From NCBI GenBank assembly GCA_965198235.1, contig OZ240248.1:1184001-1248000 (forward strand): DNA of 64,000 bases, in the 5' to 3' direction. The notes beneath the pieces were generated by a model. It was not told the origin of the DNA and did no database searches. It saw nothing but the letters and a program-made list of their open reading frames with translations. The DNA comes from Candidatus Poribacteria bacterium (GTDB taxonomy: Bacteria; Poribacteria; WGA-4E; WGA-3G). Shown piece by piece: positions 30,486 to 43,144 of the stretch; within the stretch, counting starts at the first letter, position 1; each line of letters opens with the position of its first letter. The translations under genes were made by a program, and so were the position numbers.

Positions 30486-30834
30486 TTGACAAACCTCGTT
30501 TTCTGTGATATTCTATATATCCTTGCAAAATAAATTTGACATTTATCGTTTTTTGTAGTATACTTAACTTCTGTTGCAAAATAAATTTGACATCTTTGGG
30601 GTTTTGTGGTATACTTAATCTCACGTCGATTGAAATTCCGAAAAATTCGCGTTTTTGGCAAGTCTTCGCAAAATAAATTTGACATTTTCGGATTTTTGTG
30701 GTATACTTAAAAACGTCTTGTGTGCCAGTTACTCAATTAGGAGTGTCGGTTGAAAAACCGAAAGTGAGGTGCAACTCCTCCCTGGTAGATTTTAGAAGAT
30801 AAATTTGACATTTGTATCGTGATTGTGGTATACT
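30486..30834 (+). promoter_or_regulatory. Array of five tandem sigma70 promoters for the rRNA operon
   Basis: TTGACA at 30486, 30536, 30587, 30679 and 30805, each followed by 17-18 nt and TATTCT or TATACT; four are preceded by ATAAAT. Confidence 0.88.
30723..30788 (+). other. Degenerate tRNA-like element (pseudo-tRNA, Phe-like TGAAAA loop)
   Basis: Cloverleaf: TGCCAG/CTGGTA, ACTC/GAGT, TCGGT/ACCGA, GAGG-TGCAACT-CCTC; anticodon loop and stems are non-canonical in length. Confidence 0.5.
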
Positions 30835-30850
30835 TAAGAACGTGCCACAT

Positions 30851-30923
30851 GGGGGTGTAGCTCAGCTGGGAGAGCAACTGCTTTGCACGCAGTAGGTCAG
30901 CGGTTCAACTCCGCTCATCTCCA
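30851..30923 (+). tRNA. tRNA-Ala (TGC)
   Basis: GGGGGTG/CATCTCC acceptor stem with G3:U70; ACTGC-TTTGCAC-GCAGT anticodon arm; GGTTCAACTCC T-arm; CCA not encoded. Confidence 0.95.
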
Positions 30924-31008
30924 TCGCCTATAAGCGTAATACGCTATAAATAGGCATTGTTCTTTGACAATTGTATATAGAGGGTAAATCGGTAGAAAAA
31001 ATTATGAT

Positions 31009-33993
<2,985 letters not shown>

Positions 33994-34132
33994 TTCTTTT
34001 CTTCTACCGACCCCTCACACATATACAATTGTCAAATATTCTTGTAACGGCTCAGCAACATCAGCAGACTCTGGCTTTAAACAGCCTCTAAAGCAGCCAC
34101 GAGCACGCTAACCCTGAGCCATACAAAGAACT

Positions 34133-34251
34133 TTCCGGTGGCTATAGCGAAGGGGACCCACCCGTACCCATCCCGAACACGGTAGTTAAGCCCTTCAGCG
34201 CTGATGATACTTCGGGGGCGACCCCGCGGGAAAGTAGGTCGCTGCCGGGAA
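34133..34251 (+). rRNA. rrf: 5S rRNA
   Basis: TTCCGGTGGC...CCCATCCCGAACAC..AGTTAAGCC...GAAAGTAGGTCGCTGCCGGGAA. Confidence 0.95.
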
Positions 34252-34260
34252 TCTTCTCGA

Positions 34261-34290
34261 AAGGCAGGTTATGAACCTGCCTTCAGTTAT
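34261..34290 (+). terminator. rRNA operon terminator hairpin
   Basis: AAGGCAGGTT-ATG-AACCTGCCTT immediately after the 5S gene. Confidence 0.7.
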
Positions 34291-34513
34291 TCTACAAACA
34301 TGCCGTCCTGACAAGGCTAAACATTTTACAATCGCCTTTCTATCCCGTCCCAATCGCCGATGGCTGACAACCATACCCGAACCATTTCCCTTGCATACAC
34401 GTCCAAAAGCGTATATAATGTATATCAGGGTCAAATAAAAGTAGTGAGCTTCTTTGCTCCTACTGAACGAATACATTGCCTATCATGAGTTTGAAAACTC
34501 AGGAGGTAAACCG

Positions 34514-35296
34514 ATGAAATTCGATCTATGTTTTGCTCTCTTTTGCGCGGCAGTCGTTGTTTTCGCATCCGCGTATACAGAGATAGCACACGCACAATCC
34601 CTTGAAGACGGATTGGGAGGACATTGGACTTTTGATAAGGGCGATACCGATGCCAAGGTAGCCAAAGATGCCCTCGGTGAAAACGATGGAGAGATTAAGG
34701 GTGCCCCGAAAATTGTAGAAGGCATTGTCGGAGACGCACTCAGTTTCAACGGTAAAGAGGATTATGTTGTCATGGGAGCCGCCACCACAGGGCAGGATCT
34801 TACATACGCAATGTGGATTAAACCCGCAGCCCTACCCGAGGGTCCTAAAGTTATTATCTGGGACGATGATCCACAGGGCGGTGGTGATTCGTGGCTGGAA
34901 CTTTTAGCGGATGGCACGATACAAACCCAAAGAGGTGGCGATGGGTTCGGTGTTTTCAAAACTCAGACCGCTGTCAAAGCGGACGAATGGACACACGTCA
35001 CGTTTGTTGCTGCTGGTGAGGACGATAAAAAGTTCCTCTACCTCAACGGTGAACTCGATGCCGAGGCGGACGGAAAAATAAACAGTCGCGACACGCGCAG
35101 CCATGTTGTCGTTGCTGTCGGGCACGACCGTAACGCTTTTATCAAACCCCTCTATTTTGACGGTCTGATTGACGATGTTGCTGTCTACCATCGCGTCTTA
35201 GATGACAAAGAGGTCATGGAGAATTATCAAATCGCCTTTGATGTTGAACCCGCAGGGAAGCTTGCTCTCACGTGGGGTGCCATCAAAGCACATTGA
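34514..35296 (+). CDS. Secreted LamG-like jellyroll protein
   Basis: AGGAGG RBS; signal peptide; HWTFD, WTHVTF, YLNG, FDGLIDDVAVY; C-terminal VEPAGKLALTWGAIK. Confidence 0.88.
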   Translation: MKFDLCFALFCAAVVVFASAYTEIAHAQSLEDGLGGHWTFDKGDTDAKVAKDALGENDGEIKGAPKIVEGIVGDALSFNGKEDYVVMGAATTGQDLTYAMWIKPAALPEGPKVIIWDDDPQGGGDSWLELLADGTIQTQRGGDGFGVFKTQTAVKADEWTHVTFVAAGEDDKKFLYLNGELDAEADGKINSRDTRSHVVVAVGHDRNAFIKPLYFDGLIDDVAVYHRVLDDKEVMENYQIAFDVEPAGKLALTWGAIKAH

Positions 35297-35368
35297 GTTT
35301 TTTGAATCGGCGGCTGAGTAGATTGTATTTCATCTTGGCCGCTTTCCGATACAGCGGGGTTTAATGAG

Positions 35369-35908
35369 ATGTCGAAATTGTACACTGAAATTCCTCAAAA
35401 ACTACAACAATTTATCAGGGACCAAAAAATTTTCTTTGTCGCAACCGCGACAGCCGACAGCAGAATCAATCTGTCCCCCAAAGGCATGGATTCGTTGCAT
35501 GTTCTGGGTCCAAACCGCGTTGCTTGGTTAAATGTAACCGGAAGCGGAAATGAAACCGCCGCACACGTTCAGGAAAACCCGCGAATGACGCTTATGTTCA
35601 CCGCTTTTGAGGATAACCCCCTGATCCTCCGACTCTACGGCACTGCAAAGGCTATCCACAAAGATGATACCGAATGGCAACTACTTTTCCCGTTGTTCAC
35701 ACCGCTGCCGGGGGCAAGGCAGATCTTTGACCTCAACGTTGACCTCGTGCAAACCTCTTGTGGGATGGCTGTCCCGCTTTATGATTATGTAGGTGAAAGG
35801 GATCAGCTAAACGCGTGGGCAACGAAGAAGGGTGAGGAAGGCGTAGAGGCGTATTGGAAAGAAACCAATCATACCAGCCTTGATGGAAAACCAACCCGTT
35901 TCACTTAG
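35369..35908 (+). CDS. Pyridoxamine 5'-phosphate oxidase-like FMN-binding protein
   Basis: FFVATA...NLSPKG, TGSGNETAAH...RMTLMF.AF..P.ILRLYG, QTSCG.AVP. Confidence 0.88.
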   Translation: MSKLYTEIPQKLQQFIRDQKIFFVATATADSRINLSPKGMDSLHVLGPNRVAWLNVTGSGNETAAHVQENPRMTLMFTAFEDNPLILRLYGTAKAIHKDDTEWQLLFPLFTPLPGARQIFDLNVDLVQTSCGMAVPLYDYVGERDQLNAWATKKGEEGVEAYWKETNHTSLDGKPTRFT

Positions 35909-35947
35909 CAACTTGTGCAAATCTCTCCTCTGTATTATCCTTTTATT

Positions 35948-36066
35948 TATAGTAAAACTCAAAAATATATGCACACTCTAAAAAACGCAAAACGCCTCTC
36001 CCTCGCTGGCGAGGTTTGTAACCTCGCCAGTCCCTGAGTGTATAGGTAATTAGGGGCTTTACTATA
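35948..36066. mobile_element. ~120-bp MITE/REPIN-like element with TATAGTAAA terminal inverted repeats and a central REP
   Basis: TATAGTAAA...TTTACTATA ends with a family A REP inside; second copy at 43930-44047 and a half copy at ~3111-3131. Confidence 0.75.
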
Positions 36067-36253
36067 AAAGTTCGGATCGCCACTGATGTCGTTTATTTTC
36101 ATCGGAAACCGGCTTGCAACATTCTCTTAGGATTACCAAATTAATTCATCGAAAGCAAAAGAAACCACAATAGATACCAAAAACGCTTCAATTTTAGCAG
36201 AAACCGGCTTGCAACAACGACAGCAAGCCGAGCGAAACCCAATAGTTAAAAAG

Positions 36254-38872
36254 ATGAAATTATCGTTTATCATCATCACGCTTTTTATAACATGCCTGTC
36301 CCTCACACACGCTCTTCCACCGGATCCCGAACTTCAAGGCGCGATCCAAACTGCTCAACAGTTCACCAATCTCAAACCGAAGTACACCGCAAGCGAAATA
36401 ACAGAATGTGTAACCGATAGTTTCGTGACCCTCGCCAAGAATTGGCGAAACTTGCCCTCTGTGCATCGGCAGAAGTTGAAAGGACTTTTCCTTCGACCCG
36501 GACTTCCCGGCAGCTTCTTCGGTGAGGTAGAGCTACCAGAGAGGTTCAACACACCGCATTTTAAATTCCATTACACGCGCGTCGGACCGCACGCACCACC
36601 GCTTGAGGATTTCCATCCGCGCAATGGTGTTCCCGATTATATTGATCTCTGTGCCGATGCAATGGAACGGGCATATCACGTCCAAATCGACCTGATGGGA
36701 TTCAAAATCCCCTACATCGACTTTTGGGCGGCACAGAACGGCGGCAATCATAAATATGATGTCTACCTCTTTACCTTTCCCGCACTCGGTATCACGACGG
36801 CGGACTGGTTCGAAGGACGCGTTTTATCCACCGCGCTGACCGTCGCACCCTATTTCATGATTAACTCCCGTATCTACGATTACGTCGGAAAAGCGGAGGG
36901 GATCCGCTATCTTGAGACAACCTGCACGCATGAATTCCTGCACGGTGTCCAGTTCGGATATAACGCCTATATGCCGACATGGTTCATGGAAGCATCCGCA
37001 ACTTGGATCGAAGTCATGACTTACGATGGTGGGCTTATTGACGATGGCGATACGCTCCCGGATCCCGATGAACCCAACGAGACTAATGCCTATAACTATT
37101 ATATTCATCAGCTCCGCCGCTGGTTTCTCATCCCCGATATATCCCTTGAGAGTCGCATCGGCGACCATGAGTACGGCTCCGTTATCTGGACATTGTATAT
37201 GGCAGAACGGTTCGGGTACGACATCGTCCGCCAATTTTACAGAAACACCACCGATGGCAGTTATCGCGAGATGGGCAATTTTTACGACGTTTTTACGGAT
37301 AACGGCACCACGCTTGCAGAGGCATTCAAGACCTTCACAGTATGGAACTATTTCACGCATACCCGCGCCAATACGGCAACTGGAATTTCGGGATATAGAA
37401 ACGCACTTCGCTTTCCACCCGTCGCTATTCATCCCAACGATGTCCACACGAGTTACCCAGTTCGCGCTGATTTCGACTCGGAATCAATGCCTGAGCATTT
37501 CTCGGCACGCTATATCGTCTTCCGTCCGGCAGGTCCAGGGGGCATATATAATGTGCCAGAATTCGCAGTCAAAATTGATGGCGCGGATCTCGCCCCGATA
37601 AGCCTCCAACACCTCGCACCTGATGATCAGGAGAACATCCAGAATGAACTGAATCGGCAGAGAGGAACCGGTTTGCGTGGATGGGCTGCCAAATTCATCG
37701 TCAAGAAACGGAATGGGACCACCGAGGTTAAAGAAGCATTCACCTATCACCGTTCCCAGGAAGCACAGGTAACATTCAAAGATTTCGGAGGAGAGATTCA
37801 GGAGATTACGCTCATCCTGATTAATATGCACCCCGATGTTGAACGCGTCGTAATTCCGGGTGGAAGCTTCGGTGGTTCTGTCAGTTACGTGGCTGGTGCT
37901 CCGCCGACAGGAACACTTTCAAACGCACAGGTCGTTCAAGGCTCTAATGGACTTCGTGTGACATGGAATGTTGACAATCCGTCAGGGATTCGAGAAGTCG
38001 CAATCCTGCGAAAACGCTATATGTTACGGAATGAAACGGATGTCCTGTTGCCTTTCCAGAAGCCCGATGAAGTCCTCGCCGCTGCCGACCGCGATGGAAA
38101 CGGTATTCCCGAAGACGATATAGCTATCGTTGGACGCGTTGATGTCACACAAACTCGGTTTGAAGACCCTACTGTCTTTGAGGGTATTAATATCAACAGC
38201 GAATTTTTTGATCCGAACAACCTCCACTATTACTATGCTGTTGTGCCTGTTGATGCAATGGGACTTATGGGTACACCGAGCATCGTTCCAAACAGTATTA
38301 CACCGAGTGTAAATACCGTGAGCGGAGCACCTGCCTTCTTTATTCGGACGCAGCCGCACGGCACAGGCGAATGGAATGTTGAAGTACAAAGCACGTATCC
38401 ACTACAGGCTTCACCCCATCTGACGGTGGAGGGTCCGCATAGAAATGAATACACTGTCTTTTTGACACAAGAAACCGAGACGAAATGGTTTGGAACACTC
38501 CGTACGAACGGATTTCCACCGACAGGTATCTATCTCTATAAAATACGCGGACAAACCGCTGCTGGCATAACAGGCACCCGAATCTGGCAGGGGAGCACCT
38601 TCAATTATGTCGCAAACAGCGCGAACCGGAATGTCATCGTCGCACCTAACCCTCTTTATGCGGGGCAAGGCAAACACCTTACCTTCTATCCGCAGGGCTT
38701 AACCGTTGAAATTTACGATGCTTTGGGGAACTTAATTAAGGTACTGGAGGGTGCCTCCGAGTGGGATTGCACGAACGCACGCGGCGAAATGGTCTGCACC
38801 GGATTATACTTCTTCCGGGCGACCGATGGAAATGGATTCCAAAGTACCGGTAAATTCTGTGTGGTGAAATGA
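36254..38872 (+). CDS. Secreted zinc metalloprotease (MXAN_6640-like) with PNP-type C-terminal domain
   Basis: Signal peptide; NGVPDY, THEFLHGVQFGY...WFMEASATWIE; C-terminal VIVAPNP...W...N..G..V.TGLYFF. Confidence 0.8.
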   Translation: MKLSFIIITLFITCLSLTHALPPDPELQGAIQTAQQFTNLKPKYTASEITECVTDSFVTLAKNWRNLPSVHRQKLKGLFLRPGLPGSFFGEVELPERFNTPHFKFHYTRVGPHAPPLEDFHPRNGVPDYIDLCADAMERAYHVQIDLMGFKIPYIDFWAAQNGGNHKYDVYLFTFPALGITTADWFEGRVLSTALTVAPYFMINSRIYDYVGKAEGIRYLETTCTHEFLHGVQFGYNAYMPTWFMEASATWIEVMTYDGGLIDDGDTLPDPDEPNETNAYNYYIHQLRRWFLIPDISLESRIGDHEYGSVIWTLYMAERFGYDIVRQFYRNTTDGSYREMGNFYDVFTDNGTTLAEAFKTFTVWNYFTHTRANTATGISGYRNALRFPPVAIHPNDVHTSYPVRADFDSESMPEHFSARYIVFRPAGPGGIYNVPEFAVKIDGADLAPISLQHLAPDDQENIQNELNRQRGTGLRGWAAKFIVKKRNGTTEVKEAFTYHRSQEAQVTFKDFGGEIQEITLILINMHPDVERVVIPGGSFGGSVSYVAGAPPTGTLSNAQVVQGSNGLRVTWNVDNPSGIREVAILRKRYMLRNETDVLLPFQKPDEVLAAADRDGNGIPEDDIAIVGRVDVTQTRFEDPTVFEGININSEFFDPNNLHYYYAVVPVDAMGLMGTPSIVPNSITPSVNTVSGAPAFFIRTQPHGTGEWNVEVQSTYPLQASPHLTVEGPHRNEYTVFLTQETETKWFGTLRTNGFPPTGIYLYKIRGQTAAGITGTRIWQGSTFNYVANSANRNVIVAPNPLYAGQGKHLTFYPQGLTVEIYDALGNLIKVLEGASEWDCTNARGEMVCTGLYFFRATDGNGFQSTGKFCVVK

Positions 38873-39783
38873 TGAAAAGTTGTCAGTTTTCAGTTGTCAG
38901 TTGTCAGTTAAAGAGGAGTCTGATACGTATCGGGAGCCTCTTACTGAAAACCAAGAACCGAACACCGAAAATCATTATATTCCTCTTGCTGTTTCTCGTA
39001 AGTTGTGGAGATGAGGGACTGGTTGACCCACACGGCGAAACAACGCTTCCACCACCTGAGACAAACGGATTCCGCGCGATCGATCTTCCAACGGCTCCAG
39101 GTTCCGCGTGGACTTATGTCAACGTTGACACCAATCAGGAATTCACGCTCCGAGTCGAAGGCACACGCGATATCAGTGGCACAACGCATCGACAACTGAC
39201 CATCAGTGAACTTACCACCGCGGAACCCGACCAATTCAGTCTTGAGGCTGTTGACCACTTGGTAGCAAACGCATATTATTTGCGAATAGAAACCGAATTT
39301 TTTGACGGATTCTCGTTCCCAATTTTTGCCACCTACTTTTCTAAAACCTATCAAGCGTTGATAGAATCCGCGTTTGACATGTACCTTCCGAATCCTAATA
39401 ATCCCGGCTTTCTCCGTATATCTCATCAGAAGCATTTTCCGCCGCGCCGTCTATTGGATTTTCCATTGGAAGTGGGAAAAGAGTGGGTGGTTTTTGAGAA
39501 GACCGCTGGAATACCGGTCACGGTTACACGCTATGTAGTGAGCGACAATGAACGGGTTACCGTCCCCGCCGGTAGCTACACTACCTATGTCGTTCACGAA
39601 GAAGTCGTTTACGGAGATAGTCCAGAGCCGTCGGTTTTCTTAATTAGTCCACCCGCAATTTATTGGATCGCGCCGTCCGTTGGGGTTGTCCAGTATCGTT
39701 ACAGCCGTTACCGTGCCATCGATGAACCCTCGTCACGAACCTTCGCTTTGAAGCGTGTGCATCTGCCAGCACCGAATTTTTAA
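38869..39783 (+). CDS. Hypothetical lipoprotein
   Basis: Lipobox LVSC; GSAWTY, FPLEVGKEW, VTVPAGSY, YWIAPSVG.V; N-terminus padded by heptamer repeats. Confidence 0.7.
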   Translation: MMKSCQFSVVSCQLKRSLIRIGSLLLKTKNRTPKIIIFLLLFLVSCGDEGLVDPHGETTLPPPETNGFRAIDLPTAPGSAWTYVNVDTNQEFTLRVEGTRDISGTTHRQLTISELTTAEPDQFSLEAVDHLVANAYYLRIETEFFDGFSFPIFATYFSKTYQALIESAFDMYLPNPNNPGFLRISHQKHFPPRRLLDFPLEVGKEWVVFEKTAGIPVTVTRYVVSDNERVTVPAGSYTTYVVHEEVVYGDSPEPSVFLISPPAIYWIAPSVGVVQYRYSRYRAIDEPSSRTFALKRVHLPAPNF

Positions 39784-39933
39784 TTATGGGCTCTTGGGCA
39801 TCGTTCCAAATGTAAAGCAAAGACAAATTATGCCATTTAAGGCATAATTTCATTCCACGATGGTGTTTGGCGAATCCCGACTTGACTGAGGAAATGTACG
39901 TTTTTTAAAACTTTTTATCCGATTCTGATTCTG

Positions 39934-41280
39934 ATGAGTAACTATCAGTGTATTAGCAATCAGCAATCAGTAGGCGTTGTCAACGCTGTCCATTCTCGCA
40001 AGAACGGATCGCGTTATCGACGGTATACTGACAGCCGACAGTTTCCGACAGCCGACAGCCATTTAGCACATCGGAACATCCCAATCACCATCATCGGTGG
40101 TGGGATACACGGTGTATCTATTGCAATTCGGCTGCTCCGCCATATGCCAGCAGTAGCGAAAAGCCTCGCGATTGTCGATCGGTATCCGCAACCCCTCACC
40201 CAATGGCGGTCTAAAACAGAACGCCAAGGCATGACATTTCTCCGATCACCCGCTGTTCATCACATTACTCCCGATGCACTGGGTATCGTAGAGTATGCCG
40301 AACGCCACAACCGAACGAATGAGTTGGCACCACCCTATTCGCAACCCTCTACGCAACTCTTTCGGGATTTCTGCAACGGGGCTCTTGCTGAACTCGGAGC
40401 ACATCGGGTTTATTATCAGTTTGATGTCGCGAAATTGCGGTGGGACAAAGGGGCAGGTAGATTTCCATTCCGCCTAATCTCGACAAATAATGAAGGGTTT
40501 CGGAGTCGTTGTGTCATTCTTGCCATTGGGGCTGACGACTGTGCTTACGTCCCTCCTGAGTTTGTCCAATGGCACCACCGATATCCCGATCAGATTTTAC
40601 ACGCCTCCCAATTTTCGGTGGATTGTGAGGGTAAGCGAGACGATAAGGGCAAAATAGTTATCGTTGGTGGTGGATTGACAGCGGGGACGCTTGCAAAAAG
40701 CCTTAGCGAACGCGGACATAGTGTAGCACTGGTTGCTCGGAAGCAGTTGAAGACTGAGCAGTTCGATTTTCCGCCGGTATGGTTAGGTCCCAAAGCACTC
40801 GCCGAATTTGCCAGCGAGACCGATTTTCAGCGGCGTTACGAGACAATTCAACACAACAGAGGGGAAGGGAGCATCACGCCCGATATTATGGATGCCCTGT
40901 TGAATACCCCGAACATTGACATCTATCCTGAGACCCGTGTCCATAACATCGCCACGGCGGAAGAATGTCTACCTGTCCGAAGATTACGGGTTGAAACGAC
41001 GCGTGGTGTCATGACCGATGTGTCTCGCGTCATCCTCGCAACGGGGTATAGATTCAATCTTCGTCGTTACGGATTTTTAACGGAATTACTCACACGACAC
41101 CAAATCCCGTTTGTCTGCGGGCTCCCACGACTTGATACCGATTTACAACTCCATCCAATCGAGAATCTATTCGGATCTGGCACCATCGCGCAACTTCAAA
41201 TCGGTCCGGCTTCAGGCAACATCGCTGGCGCAAATCTCGCCTATGAACGCTTTCGTGAAAAACTGCTTGCGCAGCTGTAG
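39934..41280 (+). CDS. FAD/NAD(P)-binding oxidoreductase (monooxygenase-like)
   Basis: IIGGGIHG, M.FLRSP, IVGGGLTA, LATGY, LQIGP.SGNI.GA; start uncertain because the N-terminus is repeat-derived. Confidence 0.82.
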   Translation: MSNYQCISNQQSVGVVNAVHSRKNGSRYRRYTDSRQFPTADSHLAHRNIPITIIGGGIHGVSIAIRLLRHMPAVAKSLAIVDRYPQPLTQWRSKTERQGMTFLRSPAVHHITPDALGIVEYAERHNRTNELAPPYSQPSTQLFRDFCNGALAELGAHRVYYQFDVAKLRWDKGAGRFPFRLISTNNEGFRSRCVILAIGADDCAYVPPEFVQWHHRYPDQILHASQFSVDCEGKRDDKGKIVIVGGGLTAGTLAKSLSERGHSVALVARKQLKTEQFDFPPVWLGPKALAEFASETDFQRRYETIQHNRGEGSITPDIMDALLNTPNIDIYPETRVHNIATAEECLPVRRLRVETTRGVMTDVSRVILATGYRFNLRRYGFLTELLTRHQIPFVCGLPRLDTDLQLHPIENLFGSGTIAQLQIGPASGNIAGANLAYERFREKLLAQL

Positions 41281-41300
41281 AAGCGATGTTCATTCCTTAT

Positions 41301-43106
41301 TCAAACGCTCAGATCCGCCGCAGCCAATTTTTTCCAGCGTGGGAGAAACGCTTCTGTTAAAAAGCTGTCAAGTTCCCAGATATTCTGTTGCGGCTTCCTT
41401 TCAAAGAAGGTCCCCATCGCCAATACCAGAATATCTTTGAAACCATACGGCGTTTCGATCTGTGAGAGATCTTTGAATGTCTGAATAAGTGCAGTGTGAA
41501 TTTGGAGAAAGTTCAGTGCCGCGAAACTAAACGCATTCAGTTTCAAGCAACTGGCTTCGCCTATCTTCACAGTTTCCCAAGCCCATTCCGGTTGATAAAA
41601 GGAGTGAAGCTGCTCCTTACAGAGTTGCACCGCGGTACTGAGAACTTGCGCGAGCTCTTTGTGTTTCGTCGCATCGTTTGGAATATCGAGTTTCTCGCAA
41701 ATTTCCTTATGTAATTGATGTTGTATCGGTTCAGAGTCAACCCAATTTTGGAAAACTTCGGAGGCATGTGCAAAGCAGGTACGCAGATCCGCGAGTGTCA
41801 AATCCAGTTTGCTTGGAAACGCTTTGAGTAAAGAAGAACTCGGCAGCAGATGTTCCTGTTCAGGGTGTAGTTCTAAGAACTTATATTCTACTACATCCGC
41901 CAGCATTTCCGCGAGAATAGGTGTGAAGGCGATAATTGCACGTTCGTATAATTCAGCATCGATGAATTGCTGTAGTTTGGTTGGATCAAGTTCTATTGTC
42001 CCTGACGCAGTTTTGACGAATGTATCGACGAACGAAGTCTGTTCTCCCAGAACGGAAGCCGTTTCTGTTAAGGATAGTGGACGTTTGAATGAAGTCAATT
42101 CCGTATAAGGTTCCTCGAAATCGAGTAGGCTTTCTTGCCATTGGTGCCCCCAGGTATCGTGAATTAGATATTTGTCAAGTTCCGCTAAAGGAAGAACGCC
42201 AATCATCCGCGTCAGTGTTGACGTGACCAATTCCAAAGGCAATTCAGTGTCAGCGGAAATCTTCTGACGGAGGGTTACGTCTAAGTATTCTGCGTCAAAG
42301 GTTCCGAACACGGGGAAATGTGCAAACGGTTCAACCTCCCAAATTTTTCGGAGAAATTTTTCATAATAGGCTTTTGGACGTGGGGAGGTGTGGTTTTCCT
42401 TACGCTTTTCATCTGTAGAAATACTGGGTTCCAGTGCTTTTTCCCGTAGTTCAGTCGGAAGACAAAAATAGAGCGCGGAGGACGTTTTCACCAACTTTAC
42501 TTCGCCTGCTTCAAAAGGCGCATCGGGATATAAGATTTGAAAGAGTTGTAAAATATTCGCGTCGAGTTGCGGGTTATCAGACACTAAATTGAATCGAGTC
42601 TCTAAACTCTGCATAATTTGATGCCGATAGCGGAGCGGACGTGTCCGTATGGAAAGTTGCCGAGTGAGCCTATCCACTGTTTCCGAATCCAGATGGAATG
42701 CGTGTTGAAGTTTTGTTTTGAGTTTCTCTCGTTCGTCCGAAACTGCTGGAGCGTCCGGGGCGAAAAGTGTGAAGATTTTAGAACCAGCGGTGTCTAAATT
42801 TTCAATCTCTGGATGATGCACGAGAGCCGGATAGTGATCAACGGACAGCCAGACAGCTTCAACAAAAGCGGTGTCTAAAAGAGCCTCGTCACACTGTATC
42901 GGTGCGTGTCGCGAGCGTGCACGCGTATCCGCCATCAATTCATTATGATGTGTGTAGAACGTTTTAAGCGTTTCGGTTGACTCGATTTCCTGTTCCTTTT
43001 TTGCTTTGTTAATTTGCTGCGCAAGCGTTTCAAATTTCTTCAAACGTTCTAAAACAGATTCCCAACGATTGGGGATGTTCTCATAGTGCCATGTGGGCGG
43101 GGTCAT
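41301..43106 (-). CDS. Hypothetical protein with HDxxGH...ExxAD motif (possible metallopeptidase-like fold)
   Basis: 601-aa ORF with AAGGA RBS; YLIHDTWGHQWQE and LAEMLAD. Confidence 0.65.
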   Translation of the reverse strand: MTPPTWHYENIPNRWESVLERLKKFETLAQQINKAKKEQEIESTETLKTFYTHHNELMADTRARSRHAPIQCDEALLDTAFVEAVWLSVDHYPALVHHPEIENLDTAGSKIFTLFAPDAPAVSDEREKLKTKLQHAFHLDSETVDRLTRQLSIRTRPLRYRHQIMQSLETRFNLVSDNPQLDANILQLFQILYPDAPFEAGEVKLVKTSSALYFCLPTELREKALEPSISTDEKRKENHTSPRPKAYYEKFLRKIWEVEPFAHFPVFGTFDAEYLDVTLRQKISADTELPLELVTSTLTRMIGVLPLAELDKYLIHDTWGHQWQESLLDFEEPYTELTSFKRPLSLTETASVLGEQTSFVDTFVKTASGTIELDPTKLQQFIDAELYERAIIAFTPILAEMLADVVEYKFLELHPEQEHLLPSSSLLKAFPSKLDLTLADLRTCFAHASEVFQNWVDSEPIQHQLHKEICEKLDIPNDATKHKELAQVLSTAVQLCKEQLHSFYQPEWAWETVKIGEASCLKLNAFSFAALNFLQIHTALIQTFKDLSQIETPYGFKDILVLAMGTFFERKPQQNIWELDSFLTEAFLPRWKKLAAADLSV

Positions 43107-43144
43107 AGTTTTATCCTTTTCTTTATTTTTTTACGATGTGTCTG

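Noticed and set aside
30528-30836. Repeat-spacer pattern resembling a CRISPR array
   Set aside because: The repeats are -35/-10 promoter boxes at 17-18 nt spacing, the period is irregular, and there are no cas genes.
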